Assembly: GCF_031769215.1 (NCBI RefSeq)
Contig: NW_026782268.1
Location: 2,046,001-2,110,000, forward strand
Direction: 5' to 3'
DNA from: Ylistrum balloti
Lineage: Eukaryota
Length of the DNA: 64,000 nt
Shown here in pieces: positions 39,161 through 51,882 of this stretch (position 1 is the first letter of the stretch; each line of letters starts with the position of its first letter). The translations under genes and the position numbers were made by a program. The notes under the pieces were generated by a model. The model was not told where the DNA came from. It did not search any database and saw only the letters and a program-made list of their open reading frames with translations.

Positions 39161-40462
39161 ATGGCATCCGTGTTATTTCTTCTCTGTATGTCATTGACAA
39201 CCATTTACGGAGCCACTCATGTAGATCTGAAAAGACTTCACCAAAACTTGATGTCAAATTACAGCAAACATTTGCGCCCGACATTTAACCTCTCTCAACC
39301 AACAGAATTAAATGTCATTTTTCATGTTACTTCAATAAAGGAATTTGAAGAAAAGACCAGCAGATTTTCTATGTTTGGAGTATTTATGATTTATTGGCAT
39401 GACTTTCAGTTGGAATGGAATCCGGACGATTACGGTGGCATTGTAAGTACAGTTTTCCCACAGAGCTCTTTGTGGAAACCAGACCTATTACTTTTAAACC
39501 CATATGAGAAAGTTGAACCTGCTGGCTTCGACGATCTCAAGATCATTGTAAATTACAACGGATCTGTGTACTGGTCTCCAGCTAATGTTTATGAGGTCAC
39601 GTGTCCAGCAGATGTTACATATTATCCGTTTGATCAGCAAACTTGTGCGTTGTATTTTGGTGTCTACATGTATACCATTTTTGATGTGACGTTGAAACCA
39701 TTATCCTCTGGTATAACAACTATTTATTATTTCCCAAACAGTGTCTGGCACTTGGTAAATGTAAGCTCTAGTATTCATCCATCACTTGACACGGAAATAC
39801 TCATCCTGACAATAGTACTTCAACGACGATCAATGTTTCAAGTCATAAACACTATAGTACCATTCAGTATGTTGGGACTGTTGAACATCATGGTGTTCCT
39901 TCTTCCTGCCGAATCTGGTGAACGTGTTGGTTTTTCCGTGACGATTCTGTTAGCTATTGCTGTGTTTATGACAATTGTGGCGGACACTTTGCCTGGAACC
40001 AGCGAACCTTCTTTCCCTCGACTATGTTATTTATTGATAGCCGAACTCTTCATCAATATGTTGGTTACGATTTCTACCATTTTGTTACTAAGACTACATC
40101 ACAAACCCAAGCAACAGACCATTCCATCTTGGTTACAATATCTAATGAGTAATTGTGTTTGTTTTAAAACCAAAACCGAAATAGAAAATGTAGAGGAAAA
40201 TCCAAAATACACCAATGATGTTACCAATGTAAACAACATTGTTATTGAAACAGAGGAAATAGACATCAGATTGGAGAACGATTATGATTTAAAGGGAGAC
40301 GACACAAAAACCGGATACTGCCTTGCTTGTAGAAAAAGGAAATATGTTTGTAATGAGCCGTCATGGCAGACTTTGGCGAGCTTTCTCGATGGCTTTTTCT
40401 TTCTGTTTTTTCTTGTTTTATTCGTTGCATGTAATATTGCAGCTTATTTTGTTTACGTTTAG
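39161..40462 (+). CDS. Intronless divergent nicotinic-type Cys-loop channel subunit, gene 3
   Basis: 433-aa ORF with signal peptide, Cys-loop and four TM segments; 933 nt are colinear with gene 2 at offset 4406. Confidence 0.94.
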   Translation: MASVLFLLCMSLTTIYGATHVDLKRLHQNLMSNYSKHLRPTFNLSQPTELNVIFHVTSIKEFEEKTSRFSMFGVFMIYWHDFQLEWNPDDYGGIVSTVFPQSSLWKPDLLLLNPYEKVEPAGFDDLKIIVNYNGSVYWSPANVYEVTCPADVTYYPFDQQTCALYFGVYMYTIFDVTLKPLSSGITTIYYFPNSVWHLVNVSSSIHPSLDTEILILTIVLQRRSMFQVINTIVPFSMLGLLNIMVFLLPAESGERVGFSVTILLAIAVFMTIVADTLPGTSEPSFPRLCYLLIAELFINMLVTISTILLLRLHHKPKQQTIPSWLQYLMSNCVCFKTKTEIENVEENPKYTNDVTNVNNIVIETEEIDIRLENDYDLKGDDTKTGYCLACRKRKYVCNEPSWQTLASFLDGFFFLFFLVLFVACNIAAYFVYV

Positions 40463-43400
40463 AATATTTTTTGTGTATAAATTGTTAAGCTTGTGTGATA
40501 TATAGACGTCAGGGTAAGAATTCACACAAATACCACCAGTGTTAAATTATAGCTCAATTTGCTCATTTGAATATTACTTATTTGACACTGATGAGATCGA
40601 AATGTTTTGACATGGAGATTGGATCGAAAATAATAGGGCATTTGATTTTTCTACAGAATGAATTCGATTTAATAATTAGGCGAATTGATCATCGTACAAT
40701 TATCTACAACTTATCACATTCTGTAGTAGAGCTGGAAATACTACTTCCTGATCTTTCTTGGTTAAGATAAGGAACACATGCGTTTGCATTTCACATCTGT
40801 GATATTTTTTAAAGTTGTTATTTGTAAATAATTGTAGAACTCTACATCACGCGATCCACTTGTGATTCATCATACGATGCTATGCAATGTGCGTAATTTC
40901 TCCACGTAGAGCCAATCAATACAAAAGCAAATAGCATCTGAAAATCTAATCAGTGAAGAATATTTGAAGTATATATCTATTAATGGAATCTGTGTATATT
41001 TTGAAGAATTAACGTTTAGAATAAAATGACAACATTTTCTTGATGTAAAAAGTCTTCGTTTGATACGATTCATCTGTAATCATTTATTGATTAAATCAAC
41101 CCGGATGTGACATAAGAATAAATTCAATACCACCAAAGCATTTAGCCACCGTCTTTCAATGATACTCTACTTAATAAGACACAAAATCGAAAAAAAAAAT
41201 CTAAAAATTTATTATTTATCATTAGTTTAAGATGAAAAAACAAGAAAATCTAACCTCAAATTCTATAAAACAAGGGCAAAATATTTGAACGAAATAAAGA
41301 ATAACGTGGAGTCTCCAATAAAAGTACAATGATAATAAGACCAAGTGTTCCAAAACAGTATGCGTCTTCTTCGAAAACATGACATACATCAACGGAATCA
41401 ATTATCAAAATAACGAACATCAAACACGTTTAGTTTTATATCCCACAAAGAAATAGAATATTTCTTAACGAGACCACTATGACGACTATACAACTTCCCC
41501 ATAATTTTTTGATGAATTTGAAATCTTGTGTTACTAATTTGTCTTTCTACTATATTATGCAAGTATTAAGAAAATAGGCGGAGGATAGGGGTAAGTCAGA
41601 TGAGAGTACACGCGTTCCCGTGAGTCTGGTTTATTGCGGGTAAACGGTTTATCTAGGTATTCAAGAGAGACCGGTTCATAGCAAGTATACGATTTATCTA
41701 TGCGTCTATGCGGTCCCGTGAGTCCGGTATATTGCGGGTATACGGTTTATCTGAAAATCTGTTTGGCTATAAACTGATGGCTTGGCTTCTTTTATTGATT
41801 TATTGAGCGGATAATCTTGTCCCAATGTTCCCGTCACAGCCCACTCATAGTTAATCTTTTTTTTTTCTCTTCTGAGTTTTAGAGGTAGTTCGTCGACTAA
41901 CTGACAGATACAAAGTGGTCAATTTGACAGTGGGTCACGATATACAGGTAATCACGTGAATTCATGACTGCATTGAGTTTTTAAATTTATTTCTCTTTTT
42001 GTTCAACATCCGGAATTCTTTCTTAGATTTATTACATTTACAAGTACTGTCTACATCTCAACAAGACAGTATGAAACCTGTTCAGTTTGTCAGTAGTTCA
42101 AGAACAACGGAAATAATCACACGATAGAAAAATGTAATCCTTGAAAATCCTTTTGACAGGCTTTCGCTTTTCTGATAATTGAATTTCTACTTTTGTCTGC
42201 TTTATGAAACAACACATGGTTTTGTGGTTGATACTTGTTGATGGAAACCATTGTAAAGTATATTTACACATATTTTGCACTAAGATCTGTTACATAACAA
42301 ACCATGGATTGTGATACATTAAAAACTCCAAAACAGTTCTCAAAGTGAATGTAGTAAATGCCCCCTTGGAAGGCTGTAATTTCGATTCAAAGGTCCTACA
42401 TTTAAACTGTCAACGGCAATTCGCTGGACGTGGACTATAGATGCCAACTGAGGTATATTTCATATATAATAGGTAGAAAGGATACTCCAAAGTAATAGAT
42501 TAATACAATATCTCACTCCATTTGACTATTAGGTGAGGTTGTTTATCTTATCTTGAGAGAAAGGCTGCTTTAGTCAGCGAACACCACGAGGTTTGATGAT
42601 TGTTTAAAATTTTATCATCTCCCCTTCTCCCTTCCACTTCGTCATCTTACCCCCTCCCTCCCCCTCCATCCCCCATTCAACCACACATCCCCCACCACAC
42701 ACAAGTTTGTTAAACATTGACTAGTTTCTGAGCGTCAGAATTTATAATTATTATCTGAATTCAAAATATGGCAATAAAAATGATACAATAAAATTGAGGT
42801 TATGATACAGTTAAGATAAACATTTGGAAGTCAAAGATAAACCATCCAGATAATAACAGAACATAATCTCATTTCACCATGCCCAAATAAGGTATCTTTA
42901 CAGAACATTTCAAACGATACATACTTATAATGTATGCTATTTTTTAAATCAATATTTGCTTTATTCAAAGTAACCATAGCATACAAATATATTGCAAATA
43001 AAACATTTGATGTATTTGTTTTGCAGTAAGCACTCGATCTAAAATGACATAAATAAAGAAACCTTTGTATTTTATTGCACTAACAGATCTTATTTTTTGT
43101 TTCGTAGATACGAGACCCACATTGATCAATGTCAGTGACCTCGTTACGAATCAATGATATCACCTATGTGTAATACATCCATTAGTAGTATTTGTTCCTT
43201 TGATTTGTGACCGTTTTGAATAACAAACATGTATAATGCTAAAGCTATTTCGAAGGTAAATAATGGATGTATTACCAACTAGAATTCTTTTTCGTTATAG
43301 ACAATCGACTAAAGTAATCAATGAAATGTCTTTTCATAGTTAATAGCGTGTATGAGTAAACATCAATTATTCTCCTAAAGGTGTCTGATGGCACTAAACT

Positions 43401-45320
43401 AAACCCATTAAAACTGCTTGTCATGCCCATTATCTATGTCTGGAAATAGCGATCTAAAATTGATTAATAAACTCAGCGTTGTTACCCCCGGAGACCTTTC
43501 ACATCTTTATTTAATGAAGTTGTGTTTTTGTTCAGTAAATACAACATCATTTTTAGAGACTTTACTTCATTTTGAACCCGAATGTTTTTTTCTGGAGATA
43601 ACACTATTTGACATGGTGTTAATTTACCTTTGTTGATTTTCAATCATAATTTAGATTTGAAAAAAATACATGATTTGACGTCATTCAGTTTTATATACCG
43701 ATACTATGAGACAAGTTCCCTTCAACTCTTGCATAACGTGTAGTGACAGGCCTATCTCATTGTTAATACATCACGTTATGCAGTTACTAAATGTCACGAA
43801 TATATACAACTAAGGACATGTTTAAATAAACACCTGTCATAATCAGGTTTAATCAGGTTCAACGTGATAGTGATACACTTAATAACAATAGGTATCGTTG
43901 TCTTATTGTTTATTTTGTTTATACAATATTTCTATTGAACAAATAAACATGATACTTATGGAATGGGAAACAAGCTTAGAACTTATATGAATTATTTTTC
44001 TTTGTTTATTTGATCAACATTATTTTTACCGTTTTGATTAATATAAGTCTGATAATAATACCTTTTATACGTTATTTTTGAAATATAACTTATATGCCAA
44101 AGTTACTGGAATAAAAATTTTAAAAAGTATGTGAATCACTTCTATAGCTTTTATTTCTATAGCCTATCCAACGCCTTGTGAATATGGGGTACAATTCATT
44201 TAGATGTAGAAACAATTTTATTTGCTAATTCATGTGATTTTTAAGTACTTGCAGTGAATATCGTTATGTTAGGTACATTTTCTTCAAAAATATTTTTCCA
44301 ATGGTATGAATGGTATTAATGTCAGAAATATATTTAACAAAGGCGATAAAAATACTGTTGGTCAAATAAATAATAAGGGAAGTAATTGATACAAGCTCGA
44401 AGCCTGTTTTCCCATCCCATATGTATCATGTGCACGTGTATGCGTTAAAATTGCTGAATATTGAATACAAATATTGTTTAAACTACATAAACAATAAGAC
44501 AACGATGGATAATGATACAAAATCACAGAAAAATAATGATCATACGAAAATCAAAATCATTCTAAATGATTATATTACGTTTCAATTTTCAATTTAAACA
44601 TATCAGTCTATGATATGGGCCTACTGTACCTTTTTGAAATATTCTACAAGTCGGTATACTAAAATCAGCTATCATTACTATTTAAGAGTAGACGTGATCA
44701 CAATAATTCAAAACTACACACAATGATTACATGGAACATGTTCATGATTATCCACAAGGTGTACTGCTCGAAATCATTCTGAGAAAAGGAACACACGGTG
44801 TCGTAATACAAGTGTGTTCGAACACAATGCGGCTAAACAATGTACTTGAACGAATCATTCTTGGACTTGGAATATCAATCAATCCGTCAACCTTAAATCT
44901 TCCATTTTTGAAAATATACCTTAAAGGAAAAGGCAGACGTAACATTGATAAAGACATATTAATATAATGTATGCTTGCTTAGCGAATTAATGACAAAATG
45001 CACGATTATGCTTGTACTTAAAAAACATGAGGAAATGAAATGTCATTGCTTTGATAATTTATTTCATGTATAAGTGTTTTGAAATAAAACGTAATCTCTG
45101 TAAACTTTCATATAAAAAGATCTCTCCAACAAAACGGATATTACTTTGCAAGTGACGCTCTTTATATATAAGACACCACATGTCTATTCTGGTCCAATGC
45201 CATTGAAACGTATAAAAAAAATACAGTGACAATTTGGAACTAACAAATGTAATATTTGTGCTTACTGGATAGTGATATGTGCCAAAGGATATATTACATC
45301 AAACACTCATCTTTACCAGG

Positions 45321-46670
45321 TCAAATAGAATCAGATATCGAGTTGTTAGCTTGAGAAAATACAAAATAGGCGACTATCTTGAGTGAACCAAAACAGATGA
45401 AGAACATCACAAATAAAAAGACATCGAGGAATTTTGCAAAACTCCGCCATGATGTTTTATCACAAAACTGTTTTCTTTTTGTTTCAGTCATCTGGTTATC
45501 TTGTACCGTAATATTGTTCCATTTATGGTCGTTTTCACTTTTTGTAATACTCCTCTCTGCATCATGATTCTTTGACGTAATGTTATCAATAGAAATGATG
45601 GCTTGATTGTTCAAATCTTTCTTCATGTTTATTTCCGTGGCATTTTCAATTTTCCGATTGCGATGGGAGCAAATACATTTGCATATGGCATAATTCAGCC
45701 ATAGAGGAACTGTCTGGTGATCGGGTTTATAATGCAATCTTAGGACTAAGATGGTAGAAATTGTCACAAGAGCATTGACGCAGAGTTCAGTTGTCAGTAT
45801 ATAAAACAGTCGAGGAAAAGAAGGCTCGCTTGTTACTGGTAGAGTGTCTGCTACAATTGTCATAAACACAGCTACAGCTAGCAAGACAGTGACAGAAAAT
45901 CCAACTCGTTCACCAGATTCAAATGGCAAAAGAAAAACCATGATGTTTAAAAGTCCAAGAATGCTAAAAGGTACTATGGTATTTATTATTTGAAACATCG
46001 GTCGACGTTGTAAAAACATTGTTACCACAAATGTTTGGCTTTCCAATTCAGTAACAACAGACATATTAGCATTTGTTACGTCCCAAAGGCTGTTTGGATA
46101 ATAATAGTCTAAAATCATGTTCGTTGGCATTGATTCAAGGAATACATCAGATACAGTCATCATGAACGCAGAGAAATATAAGGAACACATTTGTCGATCA
46201 AATGGATAAAACTTAACATCAGCTGGACATGTGACCTCAAATACATCGGGGGGTACCCAAAGCATAGTCCCATAATAATTCACTGTGATTCTTAGGCTGT
46301 CGTATCCTGGAGGCTCAATTTTATCGTATGGGTTTAATAATATCATGTCAGGTGTCCAAAGAAGACTCTGGCGGATAAATATTTGTTCAATACCACCAAA
46401 TTCATCTGGATTCCACTTCATTCGGAAATCAATCCAGGAAAATATAAACATTCCAACAATGGCAAACTTACTTGTCTTTTCGTCGAATTCTTTCAAAGAC
46501 AAAATCTGAAAGCCGACATACACTCTTGTTGGCTGTGAGAGATCTGACGTGGGACGTAACTCCTTATTATAGTTTGACGTCAACGTTTGGTAAAGTCTGG
46601 TCAAGTTTTCATGTGTTGTCCCATATGTCGTTGTAGTGGAAACGGCGAGAAGCAAAAGTAGCCACATCAT
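45321..46670 (-). CDS. Intronless divergent nicotinic-type Cys-loop channel subunit, gene 4 (inverted)
   Basis: 449 aa; signal peptide MMWLLLLLAVS, WTPD, Cys-loop CPADVKFYPFDRQMC, M2 GERVGFSVTVLLAVAVFMTIVAD. Confidence 0.94.
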   Translation of the reverse strand: MMWLLLLLAVSTTTTYGTTHENLTRLYQTLTSNYNKELRPTSDLSQPTRVYVGFQILSLKEFDEKTSKFAIVGMFIFSWIDFRMKWNPDEFGGIEQIFIRQSLLWTPDMILLNPYDKIEPPGYDSLRITVNYYGTMLWVPPDVFEVTCPADVKFYPFDRQMCSLYFSAFMMTVSDVFLESMPTNMILDYYYPNSLWDVTNANMSVVTELESQTFVVTMFLQRRPMFQIINTIVPFSILGLLNIMVFLLPFESGERVGFSVTVLLAVAVFMTIVADTLPVTSEPSFPRLFYILTTELCVNALVTISTILVLRLHYKPDHQTVPLWLNYAICKCICSHRNRKIENATEINMKKDLNNQAIISIDNITSKNHDAERSITKSENDHKWNNITVQDNQMTETKRKQFCDKTSWRSFAKFLDVFLFVMFFICFGSLKIVAYFVFSQANNSISDSI

Positions 46671-47069
46671 GATTGCCCGTATATTGTAGTCATGAAATAA
46701 TAATTGCCATTTGTACCCTTAAAGGGGAATATACTTATGGCTCATTCAGAAAATCTCTAATCATAATTAGTTATGAAAAAGGTCTTATCTGATTGGTTTG
46801 AAGAGTTGGTATTGATTTTTTTTGCAGATGATTGACATTGCACTGTGATTTTGATTGATTTTGGAAAGTGTTACTCGATGGAGTAGATGATTTGAAACGG
46901 CCGGTGTAGTGAGCGATTAAACAAACTGATATTTCCCTGGAGTGTTAAATAAATTACACATATTCAAGCAAATTATATTTCTGATTCATTACTTCGATGA
47001 AGTAGAGTTAACAATGAGTGATGAGGAAAGAAGATCGATTTCAGGCAAACAAAGTAATATTGATAAACA

Positions 47070-47285
47070 GAGGCCGGGTGGAGCAATAGTGACACAGTCG
47101 CCTTTGACCTGTGTGATCGGGACTCTATTCTCCAATCTCATGTAAAAAGGTATGGGGAGACCCACCTGGCCATATGGCTTTTACATGGGTACGCCTGCCA
47201 TAGCAAGATCCTCGCGTGCCTCTGTCCGGACCAACACGAGTCATTAACATAAGCGATCAGCTGGTTTTGTAATTGCTTTTATACT
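47070..47285 (+). mobile_element. Degenerate tRNA-derived SINE (second family)
   Basis: gaggccgggtggagcaatag (A-box-like start), degenerate B box, then aaaaggtatgggg..ggcttttacatgggtac central domain and an AT-rich tail. Confidence 0.5.
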
Positions 47286-47780
47286 GATATCGTTCAAATC
47301 GTTGAGAAGTTGAAAGCTTTGAAGAATACTGTATACGTAAAACTTGGCTAACTAAGTACGAATTAAAACGGAATAAATCTGATCATAATGTTTCATAACT
47401 CATATAACTGTCGTGTCTTGACCCAAAACGGTTTTTCACAGATTATATCACACATCATACTACTTTTTCATTATTGAGCTGGGCGGGACTATTTTCAGGA
47501 GCCGGACAAGGAAATTCCGGATTTACATGCATGATATAGTAAAATACATCACAATAACATGAATAATTAACATCATCTGATTACTGCCAAAGCAAGCTAA
47601 TGGATACTCCACCAAAATTTCCTTTTATCTTAATTCTTAAAATCTTAAACATAAGCGTCTGAATTGAACATCCTTTAAAGCTATATCAATTTGTGTCGTC
47701 ATTAGTTTTGGCAGCATAATAATATCTACGGAAAGCATGAAAATGTCCTCTTATACAAAGACATACGTCATAGGAACATT

Positions 47781-48680
47781 TTGTTATCTTCACTGAGCGA
47801 CGTATGAAACAAAAATGTTGTAGCTACAATTACTTGCGTATATTTCAGTGACAAACGAAGTTACACCACGGTTCTGTGGCTTCAATCCCAAACAAAAGTG
47901 GACAATGGGTTTTAACCTTCTTTCATTAAAGGCGCTTATATGAAATTCAAGCAAATTTTCTTTAGTTGGAGCATTTTCATTGAACTGGCATGATTTTCGA
48001 TTGTTATGGGATACTGATAATAAGATTTTGAATTGAGTATGTGTTTTTTCAGAGCATTTATAATGTCACATGATAAACACCTTACCAGGAACCAGTGAGC
48101 ATCATTCCTTCGGTTGTGTGACCTATTGACAGTAGGGCTCTGTGTCAATATGTTTGAAAAACTGTGCCATTTTGGTATAAAACTACATCATTAACCAAAA
48201 CATCATACCATTCCGTCATGTCTGCTAAACATGATATGCAAATGCAGCTGTTGTAAAAACTCAAAACCGAAATAAGAAGCATTAAGGAATATCACATGAA
48301 CAAAGACAATCTAGGTTTCGTTTGTTTGGAAGCCTTGGCAATCAAGCCTCAGGAAGCTGAGAAAACTGACATGGAACAATGATATTATCGTCAATTTAAA
48401 CAGTATGACTCAAACAAGCAGAACATGCTATACAAGCAAAACATCATGGCATAATGTGGCAAAGTTTCTCGATATCTTCCTCCTTGTTTTCTTCCAGGTG
48501 ATAATCGGATGTAACAAAACAATGGCTTATTTCGTATTTACTTCAAATAATCAAATATGTGTGAAGTGAATCTTGTAGATTGAGTCTTTCCTATTTCAGA
48601 AAGATACCTTATGATTAATGTTTAGATAATAATAAAGACGCTGGTAAAACCAAGCATTGCCGTTATGATATGTTTTTGCA
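47781..48680 (+). pseudogene. Internally deleted receptor pseudogene, paralogue of gene 5
   Basis: Aligns to gene 5 from the 5' end (gaaacaaaaATGTTGTAG versus ATGTTGTGG, a nonsense change at codon 3) through ECD start, M3, loop and M4 (tatttacttcaaataa) to the 3' UTR aataaagacgctggtaaa. It carries frameshifts and two large deletions. Confidence 0.88.
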
Positions 48681-49729
48681 TTACACTAAGCTAAGGTTAA
48701 ATTTATTAGATGCATTAAATCCCCATTTTGTTAAGTCATGACATTAATATTGTATTGGTTGTGAACTAAATGGAGAAAATAACTTTTTCACTTTTGATAT
48801 CTTCATAGGTAGTTCATCAATATATATATATATGATCAGATGGGATAATGTAGTATTTTTATTTTAATGTCATAATAATGAAGCGTCGTCGATGAAGCAG
48901 AAGACGCTTACTCCTTATATTTTTTCAGGATCTCCTTTGATTTTTTTTCTTTGTTCATACGTTACCGTAGTTTCATTGAATTGGAGTTTAGATTACCATC
49001 ATGTAGATCTGTTGGTATTTTCTTGTTTTTTTATGTATTAAAAGTCAAATTATACAACGAAATTGCATTCAAACGGCCTGCTTGATGGGAATAGCTGAAG
49101 GTGTAAAGATGTATATGCAAAATGTATAGCACGATTGAAAAGATACAAAACTGCACTCATTCATGTTCGTATCAATCTTATTCCCTTTTCCATGCAGCTC
49201 TTAACTGCGTCGACACTGAAGATTTTCAAAATATTAAATGATGCATTAATCAAGAGACCGTATATAGAGACGGCGTATCCCTATCATCAATATAAACAAT
49301 AAATTTAACATTTGTATCAGATTACTATATCAGAATATAAAGAACAGTAGCATATTTCTATAATATTGGGATTGTATAGAAAATAAAGCAATATGTCTGA
49401 AACTGGCCATGACAGAGGTGGTGGGACGATACGTTTGCAAAGTGAAACATTTTGATCAATTTTATTACCTGTTACTGATCAACTATTTAAACATCCATGC
49501 ACGTCAACTCATCACTAAAAGAAGGATATTTTAAATTGGTTTGATGTGCGTCGGATTTATACCGAAGTGGGTAAACTAATGGTATACATCGTCGAGTCAC
49601 ATGACTACATTATGTAACTATAACTCGGACAATACTACTGAACGGAAAGACATACCAATTAAAATGTATTAACGAAAAATAATGTAAAACCAAATTTAAG
49701 GTGGTAATCATTTTATATTTTTACTTTAA

Positions 49730-51172
49730 AGAGCCAGACCAACTGCGTTATAGATATGTTTTCATATTTCCTTGACTGGAAATGTTGTTGTATACTAATA
49801 GATAATATATAAATAAAGACTTGTATAAAGTTTCGAACTTGAGATTGAAAGGGTACCTTATTGATCAACTGCAGGATATGAATATTGATAAGGAAAACTC
49901 ACGTGATACGTTCAGACGCGGTGAGAACCAAAACAAAAATGGAGGAAGAGGTGACTAGTACGCCCATGTGACATCACTTGTAAAGAGATTTTACCGGTAA
50001 ATGCAATCACTACTCTATATTTCCATTCTACTATCATTTCCCCCTGTAACTCTATGTTAACCAGATGGGAGTATATCAGGCTATACACGCCCATCTGGTC
50101 AAGCGTATGAATACACATTCTTAGTCAAGGTGAGGTGTCACCAAAAGTAAACAAACATGGCTGCATCGCCTCGTGGTTTGACGCATCACTACTGTTTACG
50201 ACAATATTAGTTCGCATAGCTACTCGTCTGGTTTTTTTTATAGTTGTGTTTTATTACTTTAAATTAATTTAAATATAACAATAACATTCCAGATAAAAGT
50301 CGTCATCACAAAAGTTCTGTTTGTATGTGGTTTTTTTTCTTACTCCATATGGAACTATATTTTAAGGAACTATATCATTGCTCCTTCCGTTAACTGATCT
50401 GATGAATCAACCCTACGATAAGCGGGAAATTCAAACGTTGTATTCCGTGTTTTCATTTTATTGATCGAAATACATGTCTAAAAATGGAAATATAAACAAT
50501 AAATATTTATCTCCCAACCGGATGGGATTCATATCCACTGTATATCCCATCTGGTAACAGTTTATTGTTTATATATATCCTGTATGGAAATCATCTAACG
50601 TATGTATTGATCACATCTTTAAATGCTAAGATACGACACAAAAACGTGCAGATTACGAGCGAGAAAAACTACGATTAATTGCAAAGAAGAGGCCCTCAAA
50701 TGGGATCTACGATACGGTAACGAACATATAGAACATAGAGAAATGGAAATGTCTAAAGCGAATATTCGATGATGAGAGTATTTATGAATATGATTTTAGA
50801 TTGCTACTACACGAGAAAGCAAAACAGAGCGATACAGAGTATGAACCAGCCATCTTCCTTCTTTTCACCTCCGTCAAAACACCCTTTCTTCCCCGCTTCC
50901 CACGCACGCTTTCTGCCATGTTGGAAGACGGCAGATTTATTTACAGGTCTTTGCGCATGTGTCAGAGGATAGGACTTCCCACATAATTATGAATTAGCAC
51001 CGAGTCGTTTCGAATTATTTTTTAAAATTATTTATTACGTTAGATTGATAGCGATTTACTTTAAAATTGTGGTATTACAGGGTAAGTAAGAATTTTTGCT
51101 ACCCGAGAAAAATTGAAAATCATGATTTTTTTTAACATAAAATAATATCGGTCGAGGAGTGGGTCTGGCTCT
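49730..51172. mobile_element. Kolobok-type non-autonomous DNA transposon
   Basis: TIR AGAGCCAGACC/GGTCTGGCTCT with TTAA on both sides (49726-49729, 51173-51176). Internal minus-strand ORF stub from ATG 50919, MAESVRGKRGRKGVLTEVKRRK, is basic and NLS-like. Confidence 0.75.
50490..50574. mobile_element. 85-bp palindromic mini-MITE nested in the Kolobok-type element
   Basis: 14-bp TIR atataaacaataaa/tttattgtttatat plus an inner inverted repeat gatgggat/atcccatc. Confidence 0.5.
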
Positions 51173-51758
51173 TTAAAGAAAGTAGGGAAAGCATTAACCG
51201 CGTTTCGTAGTTTAAATCAAACATATATTTACTAAAATATCTCAATTGATGAAATGTCAAAATGTTTTTGTTAATATCCTGAAAACCCTTCATTTAGTTA
51301 CATTTATTTGTAATAGGGTTTTGTCATTACTGCAGTATCCTATATAGGCATATCGCTATTCTTGAGTCGATTTAGCAATAAGAATTGAGATAAACAGAAT
51401 TCAAACTAAAACAGAATTATATCAAGAAAATTATCACCAACGAAATATCTTTATGTTTAAACATGAACATTAACAATAAAACATTTTTTAGACATTTTTG
51501 TTTAAGAAATGTAAATGTTACAATCATATACAAATAACGTATGAAAATACCAGATATTTTTTGTTCTAAAGTGTCATGTCAAATAGATTTATGAAAAATA
51601 TCAACTTCGATAATAAGCTAGCTAGTTTATGTGTATCATATCGAGATTACACATCCATTTGACAAACAACGAACTACATTTAATTCATTCCCTATCAAAC
51701 CACAGGCATCTCTACATATTGATTTGTTAAAGCAATGCCAATCTTCTGCGATCAGGCA

Positions 51759-51786
51759 TTTGTCATGTTTTAGCCAATGAGATCAT
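51759..51786 (+). promoter_or_regulatory. CCAAT-box element shared with receptor gene 1
   Basis: atttgtcatgttttagccaatgagatca versus gene 1 atttgccaaggttttagccaatgaggtca; the core ends 102 nt before ATG 51883. Confidence 0.6.
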
Positions 51787-51882
51787 AGGTATCATTTATA
51801 AATTTGATTATATCTATATAGAAATACATCGATAGGACAGGTTTACATAGGCAAGCGTTGGAAACAGTGTTATGTCATCTAC

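Noticed and set aside
44731-44967. ORF with faint GPCR TM1-like stretch (IILGLGISIN)
   Set aside because: A single short hydrophobic patch with no further helices or splice support.
48050-48090. Pseudogene deletions as spliced-out introns (processed copy)
   Set aside because: The segments missing relative to gene 5 do not have GT-AG ends.
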